Below, piece by piece: positions 21,892 to 36,002 of a stretch of 36,189 nucleotides of DNA; positions within the stretch are counted from its first letter, which is position 1; every line of letters begins with the position of its first letter. Location of the stretch: contig NW_008246136.1 of the NCBI RefSeq assembly GCF_000281045.1, positions 258,137 to 294,325 on the forward strand, in the 5' to 3' direction. Below the pieces are notes generated by a model. That model saw only the letters and a program-made list of their open reading frames with translations, had not been told where the DNA came from and did not search any database. Both the position numbers and the translations under genes were made by a program. This DNA is from Saprolegnia diclina VS20 (lineage: Eukaryota).

Positions 21892-24417
21892 ATGGCGACG
21901 ACGAGCACCGACGACATTGGCCAGCTCTTTGACGAGATCGTCAACAAGCGGACGAGCGCGGTCTCGAGCGCCGAGCTGAGCACCGTGCTCCCGTTCACGG
22001 CGGGCGACGTCCAATTCATCTTGACCAGAGTCGTCGACGACATGCGGCAGCACAAACTCGAGCTGGAGAAAAAAGAGTTTACGCGGTACGTCAAGAAAGC
22101 CACGTCGACCGTCTCGCTCGCCCACGTCGTCGTGACGCTCCAGCGACGGCGACACATGAAGACCTTCTCCGAGTATTACCTCGCGCGGGGCGTCGCGGGC
22201 GCGCAGCTCGTGGGACCGGCCGAGAGTGCGACAGAGCAACCTGGTCGGTGCTCATCTCGAATGCAATGGTGCGGCAACGTCGGCTAGGTGGCGCGTCTCG
22301 GCGTCGCAATAGCCGTCCAGGCGACGGGCTTGGTGGGGATGCGGTCTCGAATCAAAGCAACGACCGGCCCGAGGTCGAGCGCGACACCAAGGACGACCCC
22401 CAAGCGCAGTACGCGGCGGTAAGTGTGACAGCTCGTGCGCGGTGCTCTTACAATGCGAAATAGCGTCAGCGCATCAGTCTGGTACGCGCCTGTCGCGCGA
22501 TCAAGTCGACGACCGAGGTACGCTGCCGATACCGGCTGCAAGACACAGAGAATGGAAACTGCACAGGGCATCTTTGCGATTGCGTTTAACCGCAAGTCGC
22601 GCCGCCTCGAGCTCCACACCGTCGCGCCGTCGTTCGTAGCAACACCTTCCCTTCAACACTCATCGAGTCGTAGCACGCGCGCCGCGCAGATCTACTCGTC
22701 GCGGTACTTTGTGCTGCTCTTCTCGCGGGATGCGGGGCAACTCGCGATCGGCTGCACCGGGTACCTCGGCGGGCACATCTACTTGGTGCGCAAGCAGGGC
22801 TGTGCCCACTCGGCGCCGCCCGATATTCTGCTGACAAGCTATGTGTTTGCGTCGCGCGACATCACCGCCGTCGTCGGGCTCGCCGAGCCGGACCTTCAAA
22901 TGCCCGCGACGTCCGATGCGCCTGCGACCGGGCTCATCACAGCCCCGCTCGACATGTACGGGACTCCAGCCTGCAGCTGGTGGAGAACCATCCTAGGTTC
23001 ACGGCGAGCCACGTCGCGCACGCTTGCTGCAACCACGGCACCGTCACCCTTTGCGCCGACGAAGGGCTGCTCGAGTGGAGTCAAGCCGAGGTATAGCCAA
23101 ATGATGACGCACCCGTTGTCACAGCGAGGTGCAGGTGGCAACAACTGCCACCGACGCGGTCCCGACGCCGCTGCTGACCGACGGCGAGTGCGCGTTTCCG
23201 ACGATCGCACACGTGAATGCGATTTCTGCCGCTGCGTTCGTCATGCCTCGGATGCTTCAACAGGTATGCCATGCTCCTTCACAGACCCTCCAGATGCAAC
23301 AGTATCCAGGCGGCGCAGGGCTACTGCCTGTACATGAGCCAGCGCGCCTTCATCCTTGAAGATGATGCGACACCAGCACCAATCAAGGCCATGCTCGACG
23401 CAGATGTCGCCACGATATGCGCACTGTGGACCGAGGCCAAGGTAGTCGTCGTCCCATCAACCTACTTGGAACATGCGAGGACAGTTCAAAATGGGCCCGC
23501 GGAGGATCCAACCCAAACTCAAAAACGTCAAGCAACTTGTCAACTGCGGCACCGCTTCGTACACGGCGCTGACCCGAGACGGGCAAGTCTATACGTGGGG
23601 CCAAGGTATAACTCACATATGCGTGAGGAGATAACTCAAAATGACAGACGCTGTCGAGAGCCTCGGGAGCCATGTTGCTTTGGACGCAACCAAGAGTAGC
23701 CCGCGCAAACTCCCGGGGTTTACCAAGCCAGTCGCCAAGGTGACCTGTGGTGGGCAGCACGTTCTTGGCCTCGATGAGGCAGGAGTGGCCTACAGCTGGG
23801 GCAGCAATGCCCACGGCCAACTCGGACTGGGCCATCTTAACGACAGTGACACACCAGCGCGTATCGCCATCGCTGGGGTACGACTTCCTCACCCTCTCTA
23901 CCTGCTCATGAACTGTAGAGCCCCGTAATCATCGACATCGCTGCAGGCGACAACCACAGCTTGCTCTTGACCAATGCCGGCACAACTTTGGCGTGCGGCA
24001 ACAACTGGTCGGGTCAGCTCGGCACCGGCGGCAGCGCGCACCTTGATGCAATGACGCCGGTTTCGTTGCCCCCCGAGGCAAACGAACCGCTATACCTGGT
24101 TCAGGCCGTCGGCGAGACGTCGGCGGCCGTGTCAGTAACAGGTATCTGCCTACTTGGCCAGTTTGACATCGATGACCTTGATGGCAGGGACCGTCTTTGT
24201 GTGGGGGCTCTGTGCCGTGCCGCTTCTCGGTGTCGTGACGCGGCGAACGCCCCAGAAACTCGAGTACGCGGCGATGGACGTGTACAAGCCAAGTCGGGGC
24301 TTTGGTCGCCTCGATGCCGTCGACACCATGTACGTGGTCACGTCGATCGCCCTCGCCGCCGGTTGCGTCGTTCTCGCGGTCGCCCCCGTCCCATATACCA
24401 AGCTGCCAAAGCCGTAG
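21892..24417 (+). CDS. RCC1-repeat-containing protein with an uncharacterised N-terminal half; multi-exon
   Basis: RCC1 repeats ALTRDGQVYTWG, VTCGGQHVLGLDEAGVAYSWGSNAHGQLGLG, IAAGDNHSLLL...CGNNWSGQLG, GTVFVWG. The N-terminal exons from accATG at 21892 are joined by inference. Confidence 0.72.
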
Positions 24418-24437
24418 AGAATCGATCCAACTCTTTG

Positions 24438-27400
24438 TTACCACTTTCGAAACGTTGCAATCGCGCGGCCGAGGTCGCGCCGGTCGTGCATCGCGAGGCG
24501 GAAGCGATACCAGCGCATGTGCATAGCCGACCCCCCGACGCCAACGTCCAGCTTGGTAGGCTCGACAAGACTCTGCTCCAGTACTGCGATCGTCGAGACC
24601 GCAATCACCTCGAGCTTGTCATCGGTACACGCGTCGACAACGTAGACGTGCGTGGGGGAGACCACGAGCACGCACGGAACGCCAGCGTCCGACGGCAACA
24701 GCCACTCGGTGCTCATGTCAGCTAGCTCGTGCGAGGGCTGCTCAGCCAAGTAGAGCGCATGCGCGAAGACGATCGGACCGGTCACGGACCCAACGAGTTT
24801 CCAGCGCACAAAGAGCGCTTCGTGCCGACGGAGCGGTAGCATGGTGGACGCGACTGCGTCATTGCGCCCGCCGACACCCATTTCGACGAGGAGACCGTCG
24901 GTCGTCTTGGAGACGAGCGACGCCATACCGCTCATGGGCTGTGCGACGATGCCGACGAGCCCTTTCCCGACGCCGACGACGCCAGCACCGAGGCCCGTGG
25001 ACCGGCCTTGCTCTTGGTTGTCGCGCAGGACACTCAACGGCGTCGTCACGACACCGGTCGCGGCACCGACGATCGCTTGGCCAAACGAGTGGAAGCCGTG
25101 GGCGAGTCCCGAGGTAAAGTTGACGGGCGGCGTCGTTGTCGCGGTGGCTGTCGACGCACTCGTGCTGATATGGTCCATGGACCGCGAAATGGCATGGGCG
25201 ACGCCCGAGACGGACGAGAGCGTCGCGACCTAGTCGAGTCGTGAGTCTCGTGTTATAACGCAAGACGGCGACCGAAGTGTGGGTTGCAAAGGACACAGCG
25301 CCTCGGAAGAGGCCTTTCGTGATCGAGACGGGCGAGTAGCCTTCCGTAGCGACAGCGAGCAGCGGCAGGCGCACGAGGTCCTGAACACCCGAGCTCACGT
25401 CGCGCACAAACCCTCTATCATTTCTTGTGAGTTGCATGTTGTATGGACAAGGCGTTGTACGCGGGGTTCCCGAGGACGTTGAGGGACATGAGCACCATTG
25501 GCGTGCGCACGACAGCGTCAGCGACGTAGTTCGCTGCAAGGTCCTTCGCCAACTGGTCGTCAAAGCACAGAATGTGGGCGAGGTCCACGCCCGAGAGCGA
25601 CAGCGGCGTTCGGTCAAGGCCGTACAAGAAGCGCGCCGTGATGGTCAACGAAACCGGAGAGAGAACGAGACGGCCAATGTAGCGTTTAGCCCGCATCGCC
25701 AGTGCAATTTGCGTCTCCAATGGCGGCTCCGTTGGCGTCACCTCCACTGCGGACGCTGCTTCCAGAAGCGGCGCAAGCCATCCTTGCAGCCGAACGAGCA
25801 GCAGATCTTCAACCTACCACATGTGCTCGAAACTAAGTGGAAGTGCTCTGCAAATGGCACCTGCAGGACGATGGGCGACACAGCGAGCTCGAGCGCGTCC
25901 GTGTACGAATGCGTTGGCACCCAGCCGTCGGCGTAAACGAGTCGCAGCGTCAGCGCGTGGGACTTGACGAGCGGCTCAATGGACACGGCGAGGAGCTGCG
26001 CATCGGAGACGACCGCATTCGACCGGGAGACGTTGCCGCACATCAAGGCTCTGGGAAAATTGCACTCGGGAAAAAAGTGGACGAGCTCCAACGCTTCAAA
26101 CACCAACAGCGACGTTGTGAAGCGCTGGATGTGCGAGAGATACCCCAAAGCAGCTCGCTGCTTGTGACCGTCGGGCACAACGTCGCCCAGCGAGAGCGCC
26201 ATGAAGGCGATTTGCTGCGCGTCCAGACGCAGCACCTCGGCGTAGCTTGGGCCGTCGTCGTGCACCACCACGTGGTCGTCAAAACAGCGCACGACGACGG
26301 CGTCGACGCGCACCGAGACGCGCGTGGCCGGCGCCGCGAGAGGTCGGCAGGGGACGCGCGGCGCACTCTTGCCCCCGTCGATGCACTCGATGTGGACCAT
26401 CCACACGCTGTAGCGCTCGTACATTGTCAGTAGCAGGACGAGGTCGCCTGCGCGGGCAAACTGGATGCCCTCGACCAGCCAGACAGCGCTCGACCAGCTG
26501 CAGTCGTCGCCCGCCACACGAACACGGAACCGCGCATGGGGCGACGGCGACGGCGAATCAAACACACTCGGCGCCGGAAGGCTGCCGTACGCCGAGTCCT
26601 GAACCAAACATTATGACGTGGCACGTTGTGGGACGATCTCGTGTACCTGAAGCTGCCAGTCGTACGCGATCGTGTCGTTGGCGCCGATCGTTGCACACTC
26701 GTCAACGTGGACAAGCGCGACCGCAACAGCGCGCGACAGGTGGTTTTGCAGCGTCACCGGCGGGTACGCGTCTTCGTAGATCGTAAGCACGACGGCGTCG
26801 TCGACGGCCACGACGGCAAACGTGAGCATCACGTCGGACCGGGTGGCATCCGAGTGTAAGAGCAAAAGACGCTGCGCACCGCACGGGCGAAGCTCAATCG
26901 ACCGACGTGACCACGCGTAGCCGGGCGCTGCAATCGCGACCGAGAGCGCACAGTGCAGTCGCGTCGCGTCCAAGGCCGGCGTCAACACCGTTTCGAGGCC
27001 GTCGTCCGCAATACTGCTGCCGCGCGAAAGCCGCGTCCGGATCCATTTGAGACTCGAGTGCAACGACGACGGTCGCTCGAGGTGCGTTCCGACGGGCCAC
27101 ACGCTGGCTGCAGGCGCCGCGACCTACCCGACATCGTATAAGGTGATATACACGGGCACATCGCTACCGTTGGGACGAGCGCGTTGGTTTTGGCGGCGAG
27201 GAGCGTCGTGGGCAGCAGCTGCAGTGGGTACCGCTATCGACAAGAACGCTCACGATGCATCGCACCCAAGAGAATATCGTACCGACTGATTGCGTACTTG
27301 GTAGTGACACGCAAGCGTCACCCGCGCCATGCCGTCGACGATGCTATGGCGCACGACAGCGCTGAGGCAGCAGCCCGGCGCAGATGGCAAACTCCACATG

Positions 27401-30400
27401 ACATGGGACGGCTGCGACGCATAGTTGGTCCACAAGAGCGTCTCGGGTATATACTGCAGCCCCATCGAAAAGCTCGAGATCGCCAGACTGAGCTCGGCCG
27501 ACGGCAGCACCGTTTGGCGGCAGTCGGGGCCGTCAATGACGATGGCCCACGGCAGCTCGTTGCGAAGAACCAGCGTTGGACGCAAGGCGAGATGCCGCGC
27601 TGGCGACGTTGCGAGTCGCGTCAAGTGGATCGTCCCGCACTTTGGCGCGTCGACGCGGAGAACGCCACCCACCGGATACGCTGCGAGCTCATCCCCCTCG
27701 GGCGAGGCACACGCCGGGATCGCGAGCGAAGTGCCACCAACCTCGAGAATCTGGGGTTCTTGTGGGTTGTATTCGAGTACCTGCGTCTCTTCGGCGACGG
27801 CAAGGCGCTACGAAATGACTCTCAGATGAGAAGTTGCACTGGGTCTCATACCACGAGCGTTCGGCGCCCCGTCGCTTGGTGCAACAGCGACACGGCGGCC
27901 GGGACCGCAAGTTGATTTGTCAGCGTTAGCACCGGCCACAAATGCACTTCGAGCCAGGCCCATCGGAGAACGCGGTGCACAGACGCTGCCTCCTTTACCT
28001 TTTGGAGACCATAAGCTATCAAATTTTCCTTGAGGTGGAGACGTACGACGTGGCAGGCGGCGCGCTTGATAGCTACCCAGACGTACATGGTACCTGCGTC
28101 CCGAGAGAGCACGACAAGCGTGGCTGGCGCCTCGGGCGTCGTCGTCGCTGCCACCGGCGCAAAAGGCGTCGACGTACTCGCAACGAGCTGGGCCACACTC
28201 CACGGACGGCCGTTGTCACAGCGCAGAGATACGCGCGTGGACTGGCGCTCGAGGATGTGCGACTGCGGCGACGAGCCAAGGGTGACGGCCACCTCGTTGT
28301 TGAGGCGATACTGCAGGCGCTGGTCCAAGTGGTTGATAACAACAACGTCGCCGCGCACGACCACAGTTGTCTCGAGGCCACAGACGACAACCTCAACCCA
28401 GATGCCGCCCGTCGGAAGTGGCCGGTGCCACACGCCGCCAGGAGCCCTGATTGGACACGGCGTCGACCAGCCATGCGAGAGCGACCGCGTGAACTGCAGC
28501 TCGAACGGCGCTGTGATCGCATGCCAACTGTAGTCGACCGACACGAGACCACGGAGCTCTTGGACTTCGGTGGAGCCCACTTGACGAAACAGCAGCACCG
28601 CGTCGATTTGGTTGTGGATGCAAATCCGATACTTGATACGTTTTGTAGGTGGCGATGGCTCGGTGAGCGACTGCGACAACTGCATCATAAATAGCAACGC
28701 GTACTGTGTCAGCTGGAGCGTGAGCGCACCCGTCGTTAGCGCCAACGAGAGCTGGGCGGCCTGCTCCAAGACGACCGTCACTTGCCACGGCTGAAGCAGT
28801 GTCGTGGTCGCCAGCGTAGTAAGGTTGTGCATCTCGCTGCCGAGAACGCCAGCGACGACGCAGCTATAGCGAGCACTGCCCGCAAACGTCCGAAGGTGGA
28901 CGCTGACATCCGTAGCTTTGACATGCAACAGCTCGTGCACGTCGTCACCACCATCGTGCCACGCCAGTTTGACTTCGTGGAGGTTGCCCACAACGTGCAG
29001 CAGTGGTAACGACGATATGGCAGCGACCGAGCTCACACGCACGGCGTCTCGCAGCTGCGCCGATAGCGCCACGTACAAAGGGAGCGACGAAGCGTCAACG
29101 CGCGGTAGACGCCACCGAAGCTCCCACTGAGTCGCAGCCGGCGTCGTCACAAGCGGGTAGTCTCGGGCGTCGAACGAGAGCTGGTAGGCTTCCGACACTT
29201 GCGGCGCCACATCGTCGTCCTCGCTCATCCACTGCGCAATGGCGGCCGCGAGCGACGGCGCCGAACCGGTGCGTGGAAGTCCGTCCTCCGCTCCCCACGG
29301 CACGTGCACGATACCGATCGAGACGAACGACGACGTCACACTGTCAAAACAGCGCACTTCGCACCGTACATCGCACAAACGACCCTCGATCCGCGGCCAA
29401 TCGCGTGGCGCGACCGAAGCACGAAGCGGCATCGCCGTCACGCGTGTAAGCTGTCGCGGGGACGGGTACCGCCAGCGCAGCTCCAGGCAGTCCTTGTTGT
29501 CGTCGTCGTCCCACGGGCGCGCGAGATCGTTCAAGATGTCAATGAGCCGCAACTCATCCTCGTCCTCGTCGTCATCTTGTGGGGGTGCAGACGCTACGTC
29601 GAGCAGCGCCGTCGGCGAGAGCACGCTGCCCGAGAACGTCGCATTCGTCGTCACTGTCTCGGTACACACCAGCTCGCCGGGACGCGCGTGGTGAGCGCGG
29701 GGGTCGAGGCGCAGCGTGAGCTCTGCAAAGTCGTGCACCGTCGGCGCCTGCACTGAGACGACATCGTCCGACGCCTTTGCAAAAGACGTGTCCGTCGCGG
29801 GGACGGACCACGCCGCACTCCAGCGTTGAAGAAGGCGCAGCGACGCCATCGAGACCGACACGTGCACCGCGTTGCCGTCGAGATGCACTTCGGTCGGGTA
29901 CACGCGCGTCTCGACGAGCTGCCGGTTGATGAGTCGCAAAAGCTGTTTGACGTCCCCGGTGCAACGCAGGTCGACGTCTCGGAGCAGCGCCGGTGCCTCG
30001 GCGACTTGCGCCTGCAGCCGGTGCCATGCTTTGGATCGACCGAGTTGAGGCCCGAGCGCCACCGTGACGGGACACGCGTCATCGAGCACCAAGACGCCGA
30101 GGCGCTGCCACGTCACGACGAAGTCCAATAGCTTGACTGGACACCACTCAAACAACGGCGTCGCGGGCCAAGCCGCCACGAGCGCTTGGTCCGTGGCGGT
30201 GACCCGCGCATCGAGACTCGCAAAGAGCGCACCCGTGTTGCACACGACGCAGGCACTGGCCGCTGCGATGCTGAGTTGACTGGGGGACCAGAGAAGCTTG
30301 AGTGCCGCATGGTCCACGGGGCCGACGCCGGGCAGGCTAAAGCGCGGCAAGAACGGACCCAGCGGCGTCCAGATCGACGTTGGCGATGGAATCGACGACG

Positions 30401-33400
30401 CCCCGAGTGGGGCGACGACCAAAGCGAGACGCTGCGCCATGGCGACTAGCGCCGGCGACACGTGGCACTGCAGACCTTGCACTTCAACGAGACCCGAGAG
30501 CGTGCGATATTCCGAGAGAGACCACGACGCGTGAAACAACTTCTCCGAGTACTTTTCGACCGCAAGCTGCCAGTCGTGCGGGTCCGAGTGCGGCCCGATG
30601 ACGAGCGCCTCGTCATCTGTCACGACGCGGTGGCCGACGACAACGTTCTTGACCGAGAAGCGGCCGTCGTGGAGCGTGTGGCGGAACGCGACAGGCCCAA
30701 CACGCAGCAATAGCGTGTCGGTACCCGACTGCACGCGCGCGTCGACGCCATCGATCGAAATCGCGCAGCTGAGCGGTGTCTCAGTCGACGACGCATCGCC
30801 CTTGTGCTCAGGCGGCCGCGGCGATCCGTCGGTGACGCGCATCAGGCGGCCGACGCTGTCGACGACCACATGCAGCGCGGGCTCGTCCAGTTCGAGGCCA
30901 AGTTTTGTCACGTGCACGTCAATGTGCTTGGATGGCGTCACCTCGATGGCAAGGAACCACGGTGGCACAAGGTAGTCGACGCGGACAAGTGTCAGCGGCG
31001 CCTCCGAGAGCGTTGCCACCGCCACCTCGTACGGCGACCGCGCGGGTGCCGCTGTCGCGTCATACTGCACCAGCGCCATGTACACGGCACCAGCTCGCAG
31101 CATGGTCTTGGCCTTGGGCGCAACTTGCAGCGCCGAGGAAGGCGCTCGCGGTCGTCGAGAGACAACGCGGAACGGCGGGTGGCTCAGGCCGTCCGTAGGC
31201 AGGTCCAAGTGCGGCACAGTCTCGACGGTCGTCGACTCGGCGCACACTGCCAACTGCCGCTCCGCATGCTCGTTGCTCGAAGCCACCGGTAGCAGCAGTC
31301 GCATCGACCCGACGTGCACCGACACGTACGGCAGCGCCGTGTCGGACGACGACGCAGATGGCGAGGCGGCGGCGTCTCTGGACGCAAGATTCTTGACCAG
31401 CTGCATGCCCACGGTCAGCGTCGGCTCGCTCAGTAGCACGTCGAGGTCTTCGACGCTCCCGAGAAGACACCAGTCGCCCAGCTCGCCCGTGTTGGCGTTG
31501 TAGTTGCGGGCAAAGAGCGACAGCCACGGGTCTGGTGACGTGTGCGTGCTTATGATAGGACATTGTGCGCGCACGAGGGACTGAAACTGGACCTTCTCGC
31601 AGCACGCCTTGACCAGAAGCGTCGTCTCGCGCCAGAAGGCCAGTGCGCTCGCGGTCGCCGGCGCGAAGACATACCTCGTCGCAGCTCCAAACGCGCGAAT
31701 GTCCGACTCGTCCAAGCAGAACAAAATGCCCGCGAGGATCTCGGGCGACAAGACCTTGTCAAAGGCCCCAATGCTGGCTGTCGATGGTATTCGTGCCGAT
31801 GTGAGCGTCTCGGTGCAGGTAACGTCGTGCAACTGCACTTGTAGATCCAGGTATGGCACCTCCGACGGTGCTGCCGGTGTCTTGTGCGGCGCGACTGTGC
31901 CCACTTGGGCAGCGAGGAAAAGGTCGGTGAGCGTGCACGCGACATCAATGCCACGACTCTGGAGCGCCAATGTGGTGCGAGCGAGCTCGAGACCCGTTTT
32001 CACAGACCACAGCACGGGCGGTGCATCTGCGATGGCCAATGTCAAAGGCTCGGTGGGGCCCGCGGGCGGCAGCGTCGGAATTCGGCCCAGTAAGACCATC
32101 TAAATCTCACATTCAAAGCGCACACAGGGCAAACCTTTGTACCTGAAGCGGCGAGAGGGACACGTCGACGGCGCCGAGCATCACTGTCGACTCAAACAAG
32201 AGCAAAATTGCAGGCAACGGCGCCGTTCGCGCCGATACATCGATGGCAACAACGACCCTCGTCGCGGCGCACGAGAGCAGTGGCGATGCCAAGGCGGCGA
32301 CATTCCAAGGCGACACGTCGATCTCAAGCCGGCAGCGACCGCCGCAAGTTGCCCCCCGAGCGTCTTTCAACCCGCTACCGTGACGCTTGAGTCAGGTCAT
32401 GCAGGAATTCATATCTGCGTCGTACCTTGTGTTGGTCGCGATGCGAAGGGCAGGGGTCGTGAACAGGACATGTCTGGAGAGATGAATTGTAGCGGGCGCC
32501 AAGGCCACCTGCAACGCAAGCGTCCACAGCGGCACGTCAACGACAGCAGGTGCCGGGGCATCGGATGGTAAGGCCACTGGGACGTCGACAACCATGGCCA
32601 AAAGAGGCAACATGCGGTGCCACTGCGCCTCGAACGACTGCATCTCCCACCGGAGCCCGATGTGGACGATCGAAGGCGGTAGCACCTCGGGTGATCGAAT
32701 CGCCAGCATGTCGACGAGACTTGGCAGCCACTGCCGAAGTGCCGTCACCGAGACCTCAGCCGATGCCTCGGTGGCGACCCAAGGCACCTCGGCGCGAGAC
32801 GACTCAAAGATGACGCGACCTCGTCGGCTGCAGTCGACCGCCTCCACCGAGACGGACGCACGTGCCGTCGCCATCGCCAGGTCCTGGCCCGTGACCAGAG
32901 ACGCTTCCAGTTCGACGCCGTGCATGCCAATGGTAAACGCGTCATGGCAATTCATCGCGTTGGTCACTGTGGGCGCAGCGTACTCGACACGAACGATGGC
33001 GCAGACCGTCGGTAGCAAGTTGCTCAGCAGCGTCTCGAGCAGTGGCGTGCTCACTCCCAAGAGACACGACTCGAAATAGGCGTCGGCCGACGCCTGCATG
33101 ACGTCCGTGGTGTAGCGCAAGTCGAGAGCGGCGTGGGAGAGGTTGAGGACGTCATTCTCATCGACCTGCACGCTAGTGTTCGCGACGGCAACACGCATGT
33201 CTTGCTCGCCCAGCATGCTGAGCAGCACGTCGTGCACCTGTAACGACAGCGCATGGCCGTCGTCGAAATGAACCTCCAGCGACAGCGACGTTGCGTGCAC
33301 GAGGGTCATGGCCATAGTGGCGGCGGTGGCTGCCTTCTCGGGGGCATCTACACATACATGGCATCAGCACCACCCCCATCGTTCTCTGGGTTCATACGGG

Positions 33401-35865
33401 CCGTGTCCAGACGCGAAAAGTCCAAGTCATTGAGAAACGCCATGTGGGCGGTCAGCGACTCGAGGCGAAGATCGAGATGCATGGGTCCGAGAGCGACATC
33501 GATCGAGACGAGTTCGGGCGACGCAACGTGGCGCAGGCGCAACGCCCGGCCGCACGCGTGCCCGAGATGAACGCATTTGTGGCCGACACTGATGGCGGTC
33601 CACGTCCGCATGGCCGGCAGGAAGAACTGCTCGAGGTTTTCGAGCACGGGTCGGTCAAGCTCGTACCGCTGCACAAAGGCCTGCGCAAGCAGATGCACTT
33701 GACGCCGGAAGCGTGGCGCGGGCACGCAAACGTCGAGGTCGCGGTGCACCATCTCGACGACGTGGTCGACCATGCGGGAGACGTGGGCGTTGCCTTGGTT
33801 GTCGACGCAGTCTTGGAGGCGACGAAGACTACTCGTCCAGTAGTCGTCGATCACCGAAAGGGATACCGCGTCGCACGTACACGCCACGGGCGGTGACGCG
33901 CCATCGTGCTGCCAGCTGTCCCCCGCCAAGAGGTCGCCAAAGTACGACTCGGATGCATTCGGATGCGGCACACCATACAACACGCGGCTGTCGCCAGCGC
34001 GAAGAAGCGTTGGCGCCACAAGCGTCGTTGGCTGGTGCCACAGTACTTCGCGCACTTCCAGCAACGAGTCTTGGCGCGCGCCATCGGTCGACACGCGCAG
34101 TAGCACGCACGAGGCCTCGACGACGCCAATGACGTTGGCGGCTTTCGAGACTTTGGTCTTTGTGTGCTGCGAGAGATCGATGGGCACCAAGCCCACATTG
34201 GCCACGGGCACAAACTCGACGGCTGCCGCCTCCGCACTCGCGCCCTTCGTGGGACTGGACGCCGTAGCGTCCTCGCCGTGACTCCGCAGCGTCAGCGACG
34301 CACTCTGAATCGACACGCGCACCGTCACGATCGACACGGGCGGGTCCTCTGCAATCGTAATGCTGCACTCGGGCAGACTTGGCTCGTGCTCTGGGATTTT
34401 CTTCTCGAGCGACGTCAAGAGCTCTTTCTCAAGCTCATCCACCGCGCCGTCGTCGTCGCCGATGATTGCGCCGTAGACCCAGCTCGTCCACGACGAAGCC
34501 GGCGCTTCCTGGGCCGGCGCGGGCGGCGGTGGGTTCAAAACAAGAGGTACCAGTGGCTCGCTCGGTTCGCTGGCGCTCGACAGCAGCGGCGATGAAGACG
34601 CGCGTACAAGTCGATGCGGCGACGTCGGAGGCTTGGGCGTCACAAACGCAATGAGCATATGCACTTGGCGGTCGCTCAGCGAGACGCAGAGCTCCTTGAC
34701 GTACACATCGAGCACGACGACGTCATTGCCCTCGAACGAGGCGCCGAGAAATGGATCGCCATGGACGTGCGGCGTGTACACCGACTTGGTCGGCCCAACG
34801 CGGTTGGCCGACGGCTCGAGCGCGTACATGCAGCGCAAGGACAGGCTTGTTCGACGCAGAACAGGCACCTACGTTGCTGATGAATGTGCAACAGTCGCAC
34901 AGGACCTCGGACCTCGTAGCCAATGACTTGGCGATGGATCAGGTCCGAGTCGACGTCGACAGCGACGCGGTCGCTTGTGTACCGATCGAGGAAGACGGAA
35001 ATGTCCTTGGCGTCGATGCACTAATGACGCGACTCCAACTTCGCGTTCTCGTTGGTACCGTAACGAGGTACCTTGGCAATGGCTTTTTGATCGCCCTTGG
35101 GCTCCGCAAAGCCTCTCGGCCATGTTGACGTATTGCCTGCCGAGTAGAGGTCGAGGAGCTACATGTGGACGCGTCAACAAGCCGATGCGAGACGAGACGT
35201 ACGCCGAGGGTCACCGAGAGCACCATGTCGTCTTCCTCGTACTTGAGTACAAGGTTGTTGATCTAACACTGGGTGTTTGTCTCGGTAAGCAGTCAATAGC
35301 TCATACCTGGATCGACACGTTGGCGAGGATCTTGGCCAGCGTCGCTTGCAGCCAGCTCGACTTGGGGGCGTCGATGGGCGTCTCGGGCTCGGCGCTCCTA
35401 GGATCGTTCGCATGCATGACACTGCCATGAGCACGTACTTGGACATGTGCGTCGTCATTGTTGCGTAGCTGCCCTCGGACGCCATGCTATTGCGACGCTG
35501 GCGGGGAGTGCTCTCGTCCTTGGCCGTCAAGATGAGCTCGACCGTGTAGAGCTTGACCTCGATCGGCTGCGAGAGGATCTGCGTCCATGGAATGTGGATG
35601 CGCAGCTCCTGCGTCGTCGGCCATGAGCCGCAGAGGTCGCATGTGCATGTATTACCCGGATGAAGCCGCGCGAGAAGTCAAAGGTCGGCGGCAGGTCGAG
35701 CGCCGACTGCAGCACGTGACGCTTGATCTCGAGGTCGTTGAGGACGAGGTCGTTGCCGAAGAAGCCGAAGCCCTCGAGGTGGATGTCCTTGAGGTACTTG
35801 GAGAGGTAGAACTGCAGGGTCTGCGCGAGGTACCCCTTGAGCGGCGACGACAGGATGTCTAGCAT
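24438..35865 (-). CDS. VPS13B: VPS13B-like bridge-like lipid transfer protein; multi-exon, with one exon of about 4.2 kb
   Basis: Chorein-N start MLDILSSPLKGY...LSKYLK...DLVLNDLE...GFIRELRIHIPWTQI. Central YPSPRQLTRV...CFDSVTSSFV...AATQWELRW segment typical of VPS13B. C-terminal Gly-rich ATG2_C-like GVGKGLVGIVAQPMSGMASLVSKTTDGL followed by a PH-like tail. Confidence 0.88.
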
Positions 35866-35914
35866 CCTTCGCCCGCTTCGATTCGCGCAAATGCAAGTCC
35901 ATTGCCGAGACTTT

Positions 35915-35995
35915 GAGCCAATCACACTGCAAGACCAAGCATTTTAACCAATCCAAACACTGCATTTGCATTTTAACCAATCCAAACACTGCATT
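35915..35995 (+). promoter_or_regulatory. Tandem 28-bp direct repeat carrying CCAAT boxes (3 CCAAT in total) upstream of VPS13B
   Basis: gcattttaaccaatccaaacactgcatt at 35939-35966 and 35968-35995, plus a degenerate copy gagccaatcacactgca at 35915-35931. Confidence 0.75.
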
Positions 35996-36002
35996 CTTTC
36001 AC

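Noticed and set aside
1016..35865. Apparent frameshifts or pseudogenes in the ORF track
   Set aside because: Where checked, frame changes coincide with short GT-AG introns.
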